NCBI RefSeq assembly: GCF_004010195.1 | Contig: NC_057718.1 | Location: 77,426,312 to 77,467,139, forward strand | Origin: Chiloscyllium plagiosum | Taxonomy: Eukaryota | Reading direction: 5' to 3' | Length of the DNA stretch: 40,828 nt | In this document: positions 1 to 10,409 of the stretch, piece after piece | Numbering within the stretch: position 1 is the stretch's first letter | Layout: each line of letters begins with the position of its first letter | The notes under the pieces: generated by a model | Seen by the model: the letters and a program-made list of their open reading frames with translations, nothing else | The model's database searches: none | What the model was told of the DNA's origin: nothing | Translations under genes and position numbers: made by a program

Positions 1-55
1 TTATCAAGTTGATCCAGAAAAAAAGCAACAAGGAGTACTCCACCGACACCAACAC
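1..55 (-). CDS. UNC93A: UNC93A-like exon 5 (5' part; runs off the window edge)
   Basis: Minus strand reads ttatccttcccatag|GT GTT GGT GTC GGT GGA GTA CTC CTT GTT GCT TTT TTT CTG GAT CAA CTT GAT = (G)VGVGGVLLVAFFLDQLD. Acceptor AG at 57-56. Phase 1 matches the end of exon 4. Resembles the UNC93A segment GSGVLAVLMIAAFLQ. Confidence 0.85.
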   Translation of the reverse strand, partial: MLVSVEYSLLLFFWINLI

Positions 56-457
56 CTATGGGAAGGATAAAGCAGTATTAGAACAAGCAGTCAGGTGACC
101 AAGGATGCTTCTCTCTAGAGCGCTTCAAATTTTTCCAAGCACAGACTGGATTGAACCTTACATTGTTTTTTTTGGGTAAGTGACAACTGTGCAGAGTTTT
201 ATTTTGGAGGTTTTTTTTTGCCATGAGGCCTCAGGCAGTTATTTAATGAGGTGAACTTGGTAAGATATGATGAGGCATTGGGTCTCAACATATCTGACCA
301 AATTCATCTCATTAACTATCTGCCCAACTCCTATGGCATTCCTCTCATTTGATTCTATTCACATCTTACCCATGGGTATTTCCAGGATGTTTCAAAATTG
401 ACTGGCATCCAGACAAGCACTATCAGTCAAGAGCTGCCCTGGATATTTTCCCAGGTC

Positions 458-650
458 ATGGCAGACTAGAGAAATTTGACATCATGCTTTGCGGGCAGGG
501 GCCTGAAGGTCCTTTTTGATAGGGTGGTGCAGAGGTGGCCATGACACTAAGCCAAGCCAGCCCAGTCCAAGGTTGCCACTCAGGTCTGCGCAGTCTCGAC
601 CATCTGGAGGAATATACAGCAATGCAGAAGATCAATGACCTTCTCCACTC
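458..650 (+). mobile_element. Decayed Myb/SANT-like DNA-binding gene of a PIF/Harbinger transposon
   Basis: From ATG 458: MAD*RNLTSCFAGRGLKVLFDRVVQRWP*H*AKPAQSKVATQVCAVSTIWRNIQQCR(frameshift)INDLLHS. This matches the pattern RF..LEVL...W.EVA..VSAVS...R...QCRKK.NDL of Harbinger Myb/SANT proteins. Several stops. Confidence 0.6.
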
Positions 651-1119
651 AGCAGTGTAAGTGCCACCATCTTCTCTTCAGTACCTCAATTTTTTTCTCT
701 GCCCACCAATGCTCATACTCACTACTGCCTGCAAAATCTTCCCTCATCCATTTGCACCACCTAAATCCTAGCCCTGCATGCCTTCTGCATTGCCTACTTA
801 CTTGCTCAAGACATCGTTCCACCCATGTCAAAATTAACAGTTATATCTTCCACTTTCAACTCCCTAATACTTGCTCATTTCAGTGGTGAAATGGCCCACA
901 ACAGAGTAGAATGAATCAAAATGGGTGTTGGGCTATCCAAATTAGGCTTATTATCTCAAATGTGGAAAGCAACCTGACTGACCACCGAACAGCTGACTGA
1001 TCAGGTTCAATCCCCTGTACTGGTTTTGGAGTCTGTCCTTGACTTACTGAACCAGAACCCCCTAACTGAAAGCTATCTTCATTGACTTGACTGAGAACTG
1101 CTGACAACCATGACAAGCT

Positions 1120-1390
1120 TCCTGGTTTTGTGTCTGTGCTGAACAGCACAGCAAAACTGACAGCCTGGGTTCTTGGTCTGAGATAGCAAGCAAACAGCCA
1201 GAATTGCAGCCCAGTCCTGTCCATGAGCTGGTAAATATCACAGAGCACACAGCTTGCAGAGATGCAGCCTTGGACTTCTGGCACATATTGTAAGTGGATC
1301 ATAGATGTCCCATGAGAGTTCTTAGAGGATGAGACATGTTCGATGCTAATTTCTATGTATTTGGAGTGCACGTGGCCAGTGGCAATGAAA
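1120..1390 (-). mobile_element. Possible decayed Harbinger (HARBI1-like) transposase N-terminal fragment
   Basis: Minus-strand pieces LPLA..., STYNMCQKSKAA...QAVCSVIF and RTQAVSFAVL weakly resemble the HARBI1 region LPVA..TGDMCGISQSAAH..VTDALF..RARGFAAIAG. Heavily eroded. Confidence 0.3.
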
Positions 1391-1551
1391 TAAGATGTTG
1401 GTGGTCTGTTTCAAACATGGAGGCTCTTTAGAGCGTGTGGCAAGCTGAAGTTGCCAGGTATCCAACCTGACTTTTATTTGGAGAATTTTTGACATCTAGG
1501 TTACTTGTTTCATTTGGTATTACAGAAAGTTGAATATCAATAAGGTGAGTG

Positions 1552-3275
1552 TTTTTTAAATTCATTTTTGTAGGATATGTGCACCACTGGTGGGCCAGCA
1601 TTTATTGCCCATCTCTAGCTGCCCTTGAGAAAGTGGTGGTTAGCTTCCTTCTTGAACTGGTGTAATCCATCTGCTGTGGGTTGACCCACAATGCCATTAG
1701 GGAGGGAATTCCAGGATTTTGATACAGCAACAGTGAAGGAACAGTGACATATTTCCACTTCAGGATGGTGCTTGGCTTGGAGTGGAACTTGAAATGGTCA
1801 TGTTCCCATATTTTTGTTGGCCTTCTTCTCCTAGATGGAAGTAGTATTGGGTTTGGAAGGTACTGTCTGAGGATCTTTAATGAATTTCTGCAGTGCATCT
1901 TGTAGATAATACACACTGCTGCTACTGAGCATGGGGGGTTGGAGGGAGTGGATACTTATAGATGGAGTGCCATTCAAGCCGGCTACTTTGTCCTGGATGG
2001 TGTCAATCTTCTTGAGTGTTGTTGGGGCTGCACGCATCTAGGCAAGTGGGGAGTATTCCATCAAAGTCCTGACTTGCGCCTTGTAAATGGTGTACAGGCT
2101 TTTGGGAGTCAGGAAATGAGATACTTGCCACTGTATTCCTAGCCTCAGACCTATTCTTGTAGCCATTGCATTTAAATGGTGAGGCAAGTTAAGTTTCTGA
2201 TCAACGATAACTCCAAGGATGTTGATAGTGGGAGATTCAGTGCTGGCAACACCTTTGAATGTCAAGGGGTGGTGGTTAGATTGTCTCTTGTTGGTGATGG
2301 TCATAGCCCGGCATTTGTATGGTGCAAATGTTACTTACCACTTGTCAGCCCAAGCCTAGATATTGTCCAAATCTTGTTGCATTTGGACATGGAGTGCTAC
2401 AGTAGCCGAGGACTCGCAAATGGGAAGATCATTGATGAATCAGCTGAAGATAGTTGGGCCTAGGACACCACCCTGAGGAACTCGTACGGAGATGATCTTG
2501 AGCTGAGACAACTACCCTCCAACAACCAAGATCATCTTCCTAAGTGTCAGGTCTGATTCTAACCACTGAAGAGTTTGTCCCCAATACCCATTGATTCCAG
2601 TTTTGCCAGGACTCCTTGATGCCACACTCCATCGAATGCAGCCTAGATGTCAAGGGCTGTCACTTTCACCTCACCTCTGGAATTCAGCTCTTTTGTCCAT
2701 GTTTGAACCAAGGCTGTAATGAGATCAGGAGCTGAGTGACACTGCCAGAACCCTAACTGGGGATCACTGAGCAGGTGCTGCTTTTAGCACTGTTGATGAC
2801 AATTTACATCACTTTAGTGATGATCGAGAGTAGACTGATGTGGCGATAATTGGACAGGTTGGATTTGTCCTGCTTTTTATGTAGAGGTCATAAATGGGCA
2901 AATTTCCACATGGTCGGGCAGATGTCAGTGCTGTAACTGTACTGGAAGCTTGGCTAAATGAGCGGCAAGTTCAGTCCTATTGCTGGAATGTTATCAGGGC
3001 CCATAACATTTGCAGTACGCACTGCCTCCAACAATTTCTTGATATCATGTGGAGTGAATCAAATTGTCTGAAGACTGGTATTTGTAACGCTGGGGGCACC
3101 AGAGGAGGTCGAGATGAATCATCTGCTCGGCACTTCTGGCTGAAGATTGCTATGATAGTTGTGGAGCCTCTTCTCCCAGTGAGTTGTTTAACCATCCACC
3201 ACCATTCACGGCTGGATGTGGCAGGACTGCAGAGCAATAGATCTGATCCGTTGATTGTGGGATCACTTTGCGCTG
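1552..3275 (-). mobile_element. CR1-clade LINE, 3' part (RT remnant and 3' tail)
   Basis: Minus-strand peptides ESPTINILGVIVDQKLN, LTPKSLYTIYKAQVRTLMEYSPLA and AAPTTLKKIDTIQDK are LINE RT C-terminal motifs. The same family recurs at about 10410-11280, 19290-21395 and 26860-27380. Confidence 0.85.
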
Positions 3276-3289
3276 TCATTAGTAAAGCA

Positions 3290-4278
3290 ATGTGACGGGG
3301 TGCATGTGTGAGTTTGGGAGTGTGTGTCTGTAAGGGTGTCTGTGGGTGTCTGTGTGCGCGTCTGTGTGTACGTGTGTCCGTGTGTATGTGAGAGTGTGTG
3401 TGTGTAGGAGTATCTGTGTATAGTGCAATGGTGGTCACCTGTAATGTGACATCATGTCACTTTACAGGTGACCACCATTGCACTATACACACACACACAG
3501 ATACTCCTACACACACACACACTCTCACAAAGTAATGGACACACGTACACACAGACGCGCACACAGACACCCACATACACCCTTACAGACACACACACTC
3601 CCACACTCACACATGCACCCCCTCACAGACTTAAGACACTCTGCACTCACTACACACACACACACACACATACTCTTTCTCACACTCACAACCCCCAACC
3701 CAGATAGACACACACACACAGACAGACAAAGACCCACATGCACACATATATTTTGTGGGGTGAATTTGTACTTGCAGGGTTACATTGTACTTTGCTCAAA
3801 AACTGTATGCATTCATGTAGAACTCTGAGCTCAAAAACTGCATGAATTTATGTAAAATTCCGTTATCTCACTTTTTAGATTCGAATCAATCTAAGCATCA
3901 TGGCATAGACAGAGAACACAGGGGGCCAACACCTTCAGCATATTGTCTAGCTATCACCATTGTTAACAGCTAACCCAAGAATGCAACTTCTTAAAAAAAA
4001 GGTTTTGTGATTTATACATGAAAGAAGTGAAACTATCACTGTATTCTAACAGATGAAAGGCTTAACAGACAATCAATTCTTCAATGTATAATTTCAGTTA
4101 CATCACACTGTAAATTTTTGCTATAAATTCTGTGTTACGATTGAGCCCTCCACTATCACCTGATGAAGGAGCCTCGCTCCGAAAGCTAGTGTGCTTCCAA
4201 TTAAACCTGTTGGACTATAACCTGGTGTTGTGTGATTTTTAACATTGTACACCCCAGTCCAAAACCGGCATCTCCAAA
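3290..4278 (+). mobile_element. Penelope-like element 3' end/pLTR with inverted 5' duplication
   Basis: Flanked by the 14-bp direct repeat tcattagtaaagca (3276-3289 and 4279-4292). CA-rich body. About 3297-3452 is an inverted copy of about 3454-3621. Hammerhead motif at 4157-4191. Confidence 0.8.
4157..4191 (+). ncRNA. Minimal type I hammerhead ribozyme motif (Penelope-associated)
   Basis: cac CTGATGA a ggagc-ctc-gctcc GAAA gc TA gtg. Core boxes are intact, stem II is ggagc/gctcc, the mini helix III is the palindrome AGCT, and helix I is cac/gtg. Confidence 0.75.
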
Positions 4279-5524
4279 TCATTAGTAAAGCATTTAGCAC
4301 AGTCTAATGCCCCTTAATTCACAACTTGGGAAATGTTTGGAGGCAGAGGGGCCACTGTGTAGATTTGGGTTTTTAAAAGGCTTGCCTCAATGCTGTGTGA
4401 CTTTATTTCAGTTATAGTAAAAACAGAAATGTCTCCAGTTCTCATGTCTTACTTTCTGTGCACACCCATACCCCATCCATGTCATATTACACTGCTCAAA
4501 CAACTCTGTTGTCCCTCATGACCTATGATGTCAGGCTATGCCCCTCCATTCCCCATGGCTCCTCATACTTTCCATGCCAGTCTACATCCCACACCAACTC
4601 CATCAAGTCCCCTAGCAACTCCACATGGTCCCTCAAGTCCCATGTCAGGCTTTGGCACTTGGATATCCTTTCGGTCACTATGCAGATATAGAAGCTATGA
4701 ACACTACAATAACAAGTGGTATGGATAAAGAAAGCTTTTGGGTAAAAAAGTAATTAATTAATATATTCTGTTACAGACAAAGATGAGAGAGAATTGAATC
4801 TCCAGTTCCCTTCCTTTATCATCTGTAAACACTTTTTCTTTGAAAAGGTAAGGGTTTAACGTCAAATTATAGAGTCAATTTGAATAACCAACAGCAGGTT
4901 CTCAGGCTTAAATATACAGGGTTATTTATTCACACATTCATCTGAAAATCTAAGGCTACATCAGTCATTTACCATTTTCTAAGACAAAGAAAAACTGGTT
5001 AAAGAAACTAGCGCACTTACTTAATTATAAACCAAGGAATAGTTCACAATTCACATGATTTGGCTTATTTTGGGAAAGAAAGATGTTTTCACTTATGAGT
5101 AATATAGTTGGCTACAGTTTCTGGAGCTGTACATCAGGATTATAACAGGATTTTCTTGAAGAGAAGGATTTTCCACAGGTCGGTTAGTTTCTTGTAGTCA
5201 TTATGAGTCGACCACTGGTGAATTTTAAAATGGAAAGTCTTGGACAACTTAGGATGGTCCAGTGTCTAGTTTGAGATCACATACACAATATCTATTATTC
5301 TCCACACAGAGTGAGTTGACATGCAACACAATGCAGGATGAATGGTGGTCATTCACACTCGTGACTGAACTGTTTTTTCCTAAAGGTCTTTTGATAACTT
5401 TTGAGTTCCAATGTCACTGAGTCTAGGAATCGGTAGATTTTGAGTTTTGGGCAAGTCCACAAATAGGTGTGAATTCCCCCAGTGGTTTTGTCTTGGTATG
5501 TCCATCTAGGGAAGAACTCCACCC

Positions 5525-6860
5525 TTTAAAAACTGCATTAGGACGACATCCAAATTCTCTAAGTGTTCATTATTGGTTTTCCCTGTTAACAAGACATTAA
5601 ATAGGTAAATGGCGACCTGAGGTAAACCTTACAAAATGTTCTCCATCATCCACTGAAAAATTGAACAGGCTGACGATACACCAAATGACAGTCTCATATT
5701 ATTGGTATAAGTCTTTTATGCGTATGAATTATAGCGTACTTCTGGGAATCTGGTCTAAGCACAATTGCAAGAAAGCATGGTTCACGTCCAGCTTTGTGAA
5801 GGACAGCACCCCCTGCCAGTTCTGTGTATAAATTCTCTATCCAAGGGATTGGATATTTATCCAGCTGCAAAATATGATTTACTTTTTGTTTAAAATCTCC
5901 ACAAAGGTGAAATGATCCATCGGGCTTTTTGACTTCTGCCTTTACTTTTGTTCATAAGGCAAATGATATTGTGCATGCATTCCTGAATTGTGGAATTGCT
6001 TCCTGGTCAACATGCAAGGTGGCCTTGGCTCTTACGATTGTATCTAGATATTCCTGAATGAGTTCTGGATATTTAATCAGGACTTCACTCAGGCAGCCAT
6101 TTTCTAATTCAAAATATTGAGCCAAACGAGGTAAATCTCTCTCAACCAACTGAACCATAAGAGACCAGAATTGAAGTTGCACCCTTAATCTGTGAAGGTT
6201 CCCCAGCATAGGTTCTCAGCCTTGCTGAGGTCTTGCATAAAGTCAAAGTTGGAGTCCAAGGCGGATTTTATTAAAAACTCGTTCTGTAATCACTGACAGG
6301 ACTGCACCACTGGAAATCTCCATTAGAACCGCATGGCCAGATGTTCATCTTGATTAGTTCTGATTTTTGTGTTATTTAGCAATTTAACTGTTCCAAGTCA
6401 GATATAGGCAGACTTTCCACGGTATGAGCTCTCCTGGATACTGGCCTATGAGCTATCTTACTCAACTTACCTCTATTAGGACCACATTTGGCTTCTTGTA
6501 TCTGCATACCAGCAATAACTACAATGGCTTGCTGGCCAGAATCCTGAAGAAAATTTTAACCATTTGACCGAGGGTTGCTTTGTTTTGAGGTTTTGTTGTG
6601 CGCCAACTTAGAGTCACTCTGATAAGAATATGTCCTCAATAAGGCTGCACTCAAGCGGTGTTCCACAAGCTCAACTGGACTGGCGAGGGTGTCCACTTCC
6701 ACTGGAATACCCTGCAACTGCTATGCTCCACCTGCCACATTTTCCAATTGTAAAGCCAATTGTAGCACCTGTTTGAAGTTCAGTTGGGCTTCAACTTGCA
6801 GGTGTTTTTGCACAGTTAAATCATTATTCCTGTATACTAGACAGTATCTCAGAATCTCAT
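5525..6860 (-). mobile_element. Gypsy LTR retrotransposon gag-protease-RT remnant
   Basis: Minus-strand gag piece INEILRYCLVYRNNDLTVQKHLQVEAQLNFKQVLQLALQLE. Protease-like HAVLMEISSGAVLSVITE. RT motifs KKPDGSFHLCGDFKQKVN, YPIPWIENLYTELAGG, FTKLDVNHAFLQL and RLSFGVSSACSIFQ. Many stops and frameshifts. Confidence 0.9.
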
Positions 6861-6921
6861 TGATTGTCCTGCTCCTAGGATGCTGCCTGACCTGCTGTGT
6901 TTTTCCAGCACCACACTTTTT
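6861..6921 (+). mobile_element. Short Penelope-like pLTR fragment
   Basis: cctgctcctaggatgctgcctgacctgctgtgtttttccagc matches the repeat at 10184-10387, 17263-17360, 29040-29090 and 31408-31544. Confidence 0.7.
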
Positions 6922-6924
6922 ACC

Positions 6925-7858
6925 CACTCAAAACAGCTGGGCATGCATAGGCGCTCACTCATCAAACCCTGAAACGACAATAGAAAAATTATATGCATCT
7001 TTTGCAACACACATAATAATGGAAACGCTGGACACAGATAAAGGGCCAGAGATCTCCAGCGGGAAATTTGATTATTTCATAAAGTCAAATAGGATTTGAC
7101 ATATAAGGATAGCTCCATACCACCTATCATCCAATGACCTGACAGAAAGAGCAGCCCAAACTTTAAAGATTGGATTGAAAGAACAGCCAAGAGACTTGCT
7201 AGATACCAAGCTGTCATGGTTCTTATTTGATTATAGGACCACCACATATGCAACTACAGGGATAGCACCGGCAGAGCTGCTAATAGGTAGAAAACTATGT
7301 ACCAGACCTTCGCAGGGGAGGTTGATTTAATATGAGAAACTCCGATGCCAGACACAAGACTCCGCTAAGTAAGAGAGACAGTTTGATACAAGGGACAACG
7401 TTTGGTGTACGAAATCACAAAAATTGCCCCACATGGGTAAGTGGCGTGGTTGACATGAGGTCAGGATCAATGACATATAAAGTTTGGGTCTGTGCAACGG
7501 TCCTGAATGAATGTGTGAACCACATGAAAGCCGCAAATTCACAGATGATGCAGGTACAAAGTGCCCTGCCCCTCGGAACATTCCAAAATTTTGCTGGAAC
7601 CTATGGATTCACCATTTCCTTCAAAGGTTCTTGAGTCCACTGAATCAGGGATTGACATGACTGAAGTAGCCACCTCAATGCCTTTGCTGATGGAAGAAGA
7701 TTGAAATTCTACCTGACGCAAGTGGTGAGCTCCCATGTGTTACACACCACCTGTGCAGATGCCAAGTCGGAGGAACCTGACTTGGTGCTAAAACATCCTA
7801 GCAGTCTTTCCAAAATAAAGGACCAGCCTATGTGCGCAAACTCAGAAGGGGAGGAACC
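6925..7858 (+). mobile_element. Gypsy integrase remnant, 3' internal region and polypurine tract
   Basis: TIEKLYASFATH..ETLDTDKGPEISSGKFDYFIKSNRI*HIRIAPYHLSSNDLTERAAQTLK, then FLFDYRTTTYATTGIAPAELL (integrase core motifs). Purine tract agaaggggaggaa lies just before the LTR. Confidence 0.9.
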
Positions 7859-7859
7859 T

Positions 7860-8092
7860 TGTGATTTTAATGAGGTCAGCCAGTTGGACCTCATAGAATA
7901 AATTCCCTGATTGGGGCTGTTACTCTGGTCCAGTCAGGGAGCCCTGGCTGACAGGTAAAAGGGGTGCATGTCAGAGATATTGATCCTTTGAAACCGGACT
8001 CTGGAATGAAGCAGTACTATAGTCAAGGACTCTTCATGTGTAAATACATGGTGACTTAGTAATGGGATATCGGATTCTATGAAGTTATTTCA
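7860..8092 (+). mobile_element. Gypsy 3' LTR
   Basis: TG...CA termini (tgtgatt...ttatttca) directly after the polypurine tract. Clearly similar to the LTR at 36761-36999 (shared cagccag.tgga, ttccctgat, cctggctgacag and ggtgactt blocks). Confidence 0.8.
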
Positions 8093-8124
8093 CTTAGGTT
8101 TTGAAATAGTAAAAGTAACTTCTG

Positions 8125-8162
8125 GGAGGCAGTGGGATAGTGGTAATGTTACTGGACTAGTA
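8125..8162 (+). mobile_element. tRNA-derived SINE head fragment (SacSINE1-like)
   Basis: ggaggcagtgggatagtggtaatgttactggactagta is an A-box-like head. The related ctggactagtaa occurs at about 35259. Confidence 0.45.
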
Positions 8163-8169
8163 GCGAGAG

Positions 8170-10183
8170 CAGTGGGGAGATGAGAACCCCAAGAAAAGCA
8201 GTTAACATCATCAAGGGGAATGTGAGAGGTGAGACAGAAGCAAAATTTCCAGCAGGCGACATGTGTGGGAATTTGGGAGCAGAGCCAATGTGGTACTAAG
8301 GAACAGAGAGAACATAGAGGTCCCAGAAGCAGAAGAATTAGAAGCAGCAGCAATGAAGTTCAAAGGAATAGTGAGAGTGGAAAAGTCTCCAGAGGCAGAT
8401 AGACTGGCAGCAGACTTGTGTGGGATTTGGGAGCAGTGGTAGCTGGGGTTAAAGGAGCAACCAAAGGAGAATGGTCTCAGCAACAGATAGACCAGCAATG
8501 GAGCTGCTTTAACAAAACAGAAGTGTGACATCACAAAAGAGCAAATAGGTAAATTGGTAGTTGTTACTTTCTTGTCTCTTGTGACTGGATATTGATTTAA
8601 TACCATAAATACAGCCTAAAAACTGTACATAGATAATTCATATGTTTGAAGTTCAAAACTAATTTTTTTGCTGGATAGAGTTGAAGTGATCTGGTTGTGC
8701 CTGACATAAAGAAGAATAAGATTTTTCTTGTCGATATTGAAATAAGAGTAAGGGTAAAATGAAAGCAAGCATTTATATTCTATTTAATTAAGAAAATTCT
8801 GTGACACTCAAGCCTATGATCTACACATTCTGCACTCAATCGAAAATCTCAGACAGAAGTGTGGAACATGAATAATGATAGGGGGATTTGTTAGTGAAGG
8901 AAAAGGCAGAAACCTTTGCAGCCTTGGATGTGATTCCAGGATGATATATTGCTTCCTAGGTGCCAATGTCAAGGACGTCATGAAGCACCTGCAGACCATT
9001 AGTAAGGGTGAGAGTGAACAGCTAGGAGTCATGGTCCATGTTAGAATTATTGACAGGAAGAAAAAAAACATGAGGTTGTGTAAGCAGACTTTAGCAAGTG
9101 AGTGAGGAAACTGAAAATCTGGCCTTCAAGAATAGTATTCTCTGTATTACATCTGATGCCACACTGTACTGAGTATAGAAACAGAAGAATAGAGCAGATG
9201 AATGCATGGCTGGAGATTCTTGAGACCATGGGACCATTTCTGGGATAGGTGGGACCTAAACAAGTTGAATGGGTTACGTATGAACAGGAATAGTATCAAC
9301 AACTCATAGGAAGGTTTGATAAAGCTGTTGTGATGTGGTGAAAACAGATTGGTAGGGAATTAGAATCCTGCCAGTAGATCAAAGAATAAACTATTAAGTG
9401 AGTCTGGAAGGTAGAGAAAACATAGGCTAAATAAGAAAAAAGTGAGTTTAGCAGGGCTTAATGGAATAGACTTTAATACAAGGAGTCTGAGGATAAGGCA
9501 AATGAGTTGAGGGCACATACAGGCACATGGGAGAAAGATATAACTATCAGGTGGCATGACTGAAAGATGGGCAGGATTGACAGCTCAAGAATTTTGGTTG
9601 CAGACTATTCTGGTGAGATAAATAGAGCGATAATATGGAGGAAAGGCTTGCAACGTTGATCAGGGACGCAATATAGCAGTGAAGAAGGCTATCTTAATCA
9701 TAATATGAGGCCATATGGATAGGAGTAGAATCTCAAAAGGGGTAAATACATTGGTGGGTGTGTATTATAGACCGCCAAGCAGTCAGGAAGAAATAGAAGA
9801 TCAAACGTGTAATCAAATGTGATAGATGTTAAGGAAAGGCTGAATGGCTTCTATCGGTACCTTATGGATTCTATAATTCTATAAATAATACCAAGATTGA
9901 AATGCAGTAGTACAGAACTTTAGCTACCCAAATATTAATAGGATTGGTTTTATTGTGCAAGGTAGGGAGAGAGCAAAATTCTTAAAATGCATCCAGACAA
10001 ACATTTTTAGCCAGAAAGTAGAAAGCCCAACCAGGGACGGTAGTTCTTGACCTAATATTCAAAATAAGCCCAGACAAATAGAAGGCAGCAGTGTTTTGCA
10101 TCGTGATTGTAACTCAGTTAGATGTAGGATAGCTGTGGAAAAGTATAACGATATAAGTCTTAAATTGGGGAAGAGCTAATTTT
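8170..10183 (+). mobile_element. CR1 LINE 5' part: putative 5' UTR, ORF1 esterase domain, ORF2 endonuclease remnant
   Basis: 8875-9105 reads IGGFVSEGKGRNLCSLGCDSRMIYCFLGANVKDV...KGESEQLGVMVHV, matching the CR1 ORF1 SGNH/esterase pattern IGDSIVRG...SRMVCCLPGARVKDV...VHIGTND. It is followed by endonuclease-like DFNTRSL, VGVYYRPP and FSYPNIN. The 5' boundary is approximate. Confidence 0.75.
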
Positions 10184-10387
10184 CGAGGAGAAAGTGAGGT
10201 CTGCAGATGCTGGAGATCAAAGTTGAAACTTTATTGCTGGAACAGCACAGCAGGTCAGGCAGCATCCAGGGAACAGGAGATTCGACGTTTCGGGCACAGG
10301 CCCTTCTTCCTGTGCCCGAAACGTCGAATCTCCTGTTCCCTGGATGCTGCCTGACCTGCTGTGCTGTTCCAGCAATAAAGTTTCAAC
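10184..10387. mobile_element. Penelope-like pLTR fragment forming a perfect 79-bp hairpin, with 14-bp TSD
   Basis: 10222-10300 is the exact reverse complement of 10309-10387, with an 8-nt loop. TSD gaagagctaatttt at 10170-10183 and 10388-10401. Confidence 0.85.
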
Positions 10388-10409
10388 GAAGAGCTAATTT
10401 TACTGTGCA

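Noticed and set aside
916..1371. 151-aa ORF as a host exon or novel gene
   Set aside because: No resemblance to UNC93A exons and no convincing domain; at most a decayed transposase remnant.
2977..3828. His/Thr-rich ORFs on both strands sharing the start MTTIALYT
   Set aside because: Translation of the CA/TG-rich inverted repeat of the Penelope-like insertion, not genes.
4769..5520. Possible solo LTR starting tgttacag
   Set aside because: No second copy, matching CA end, PBS, PPT or TSD could be established by eye.
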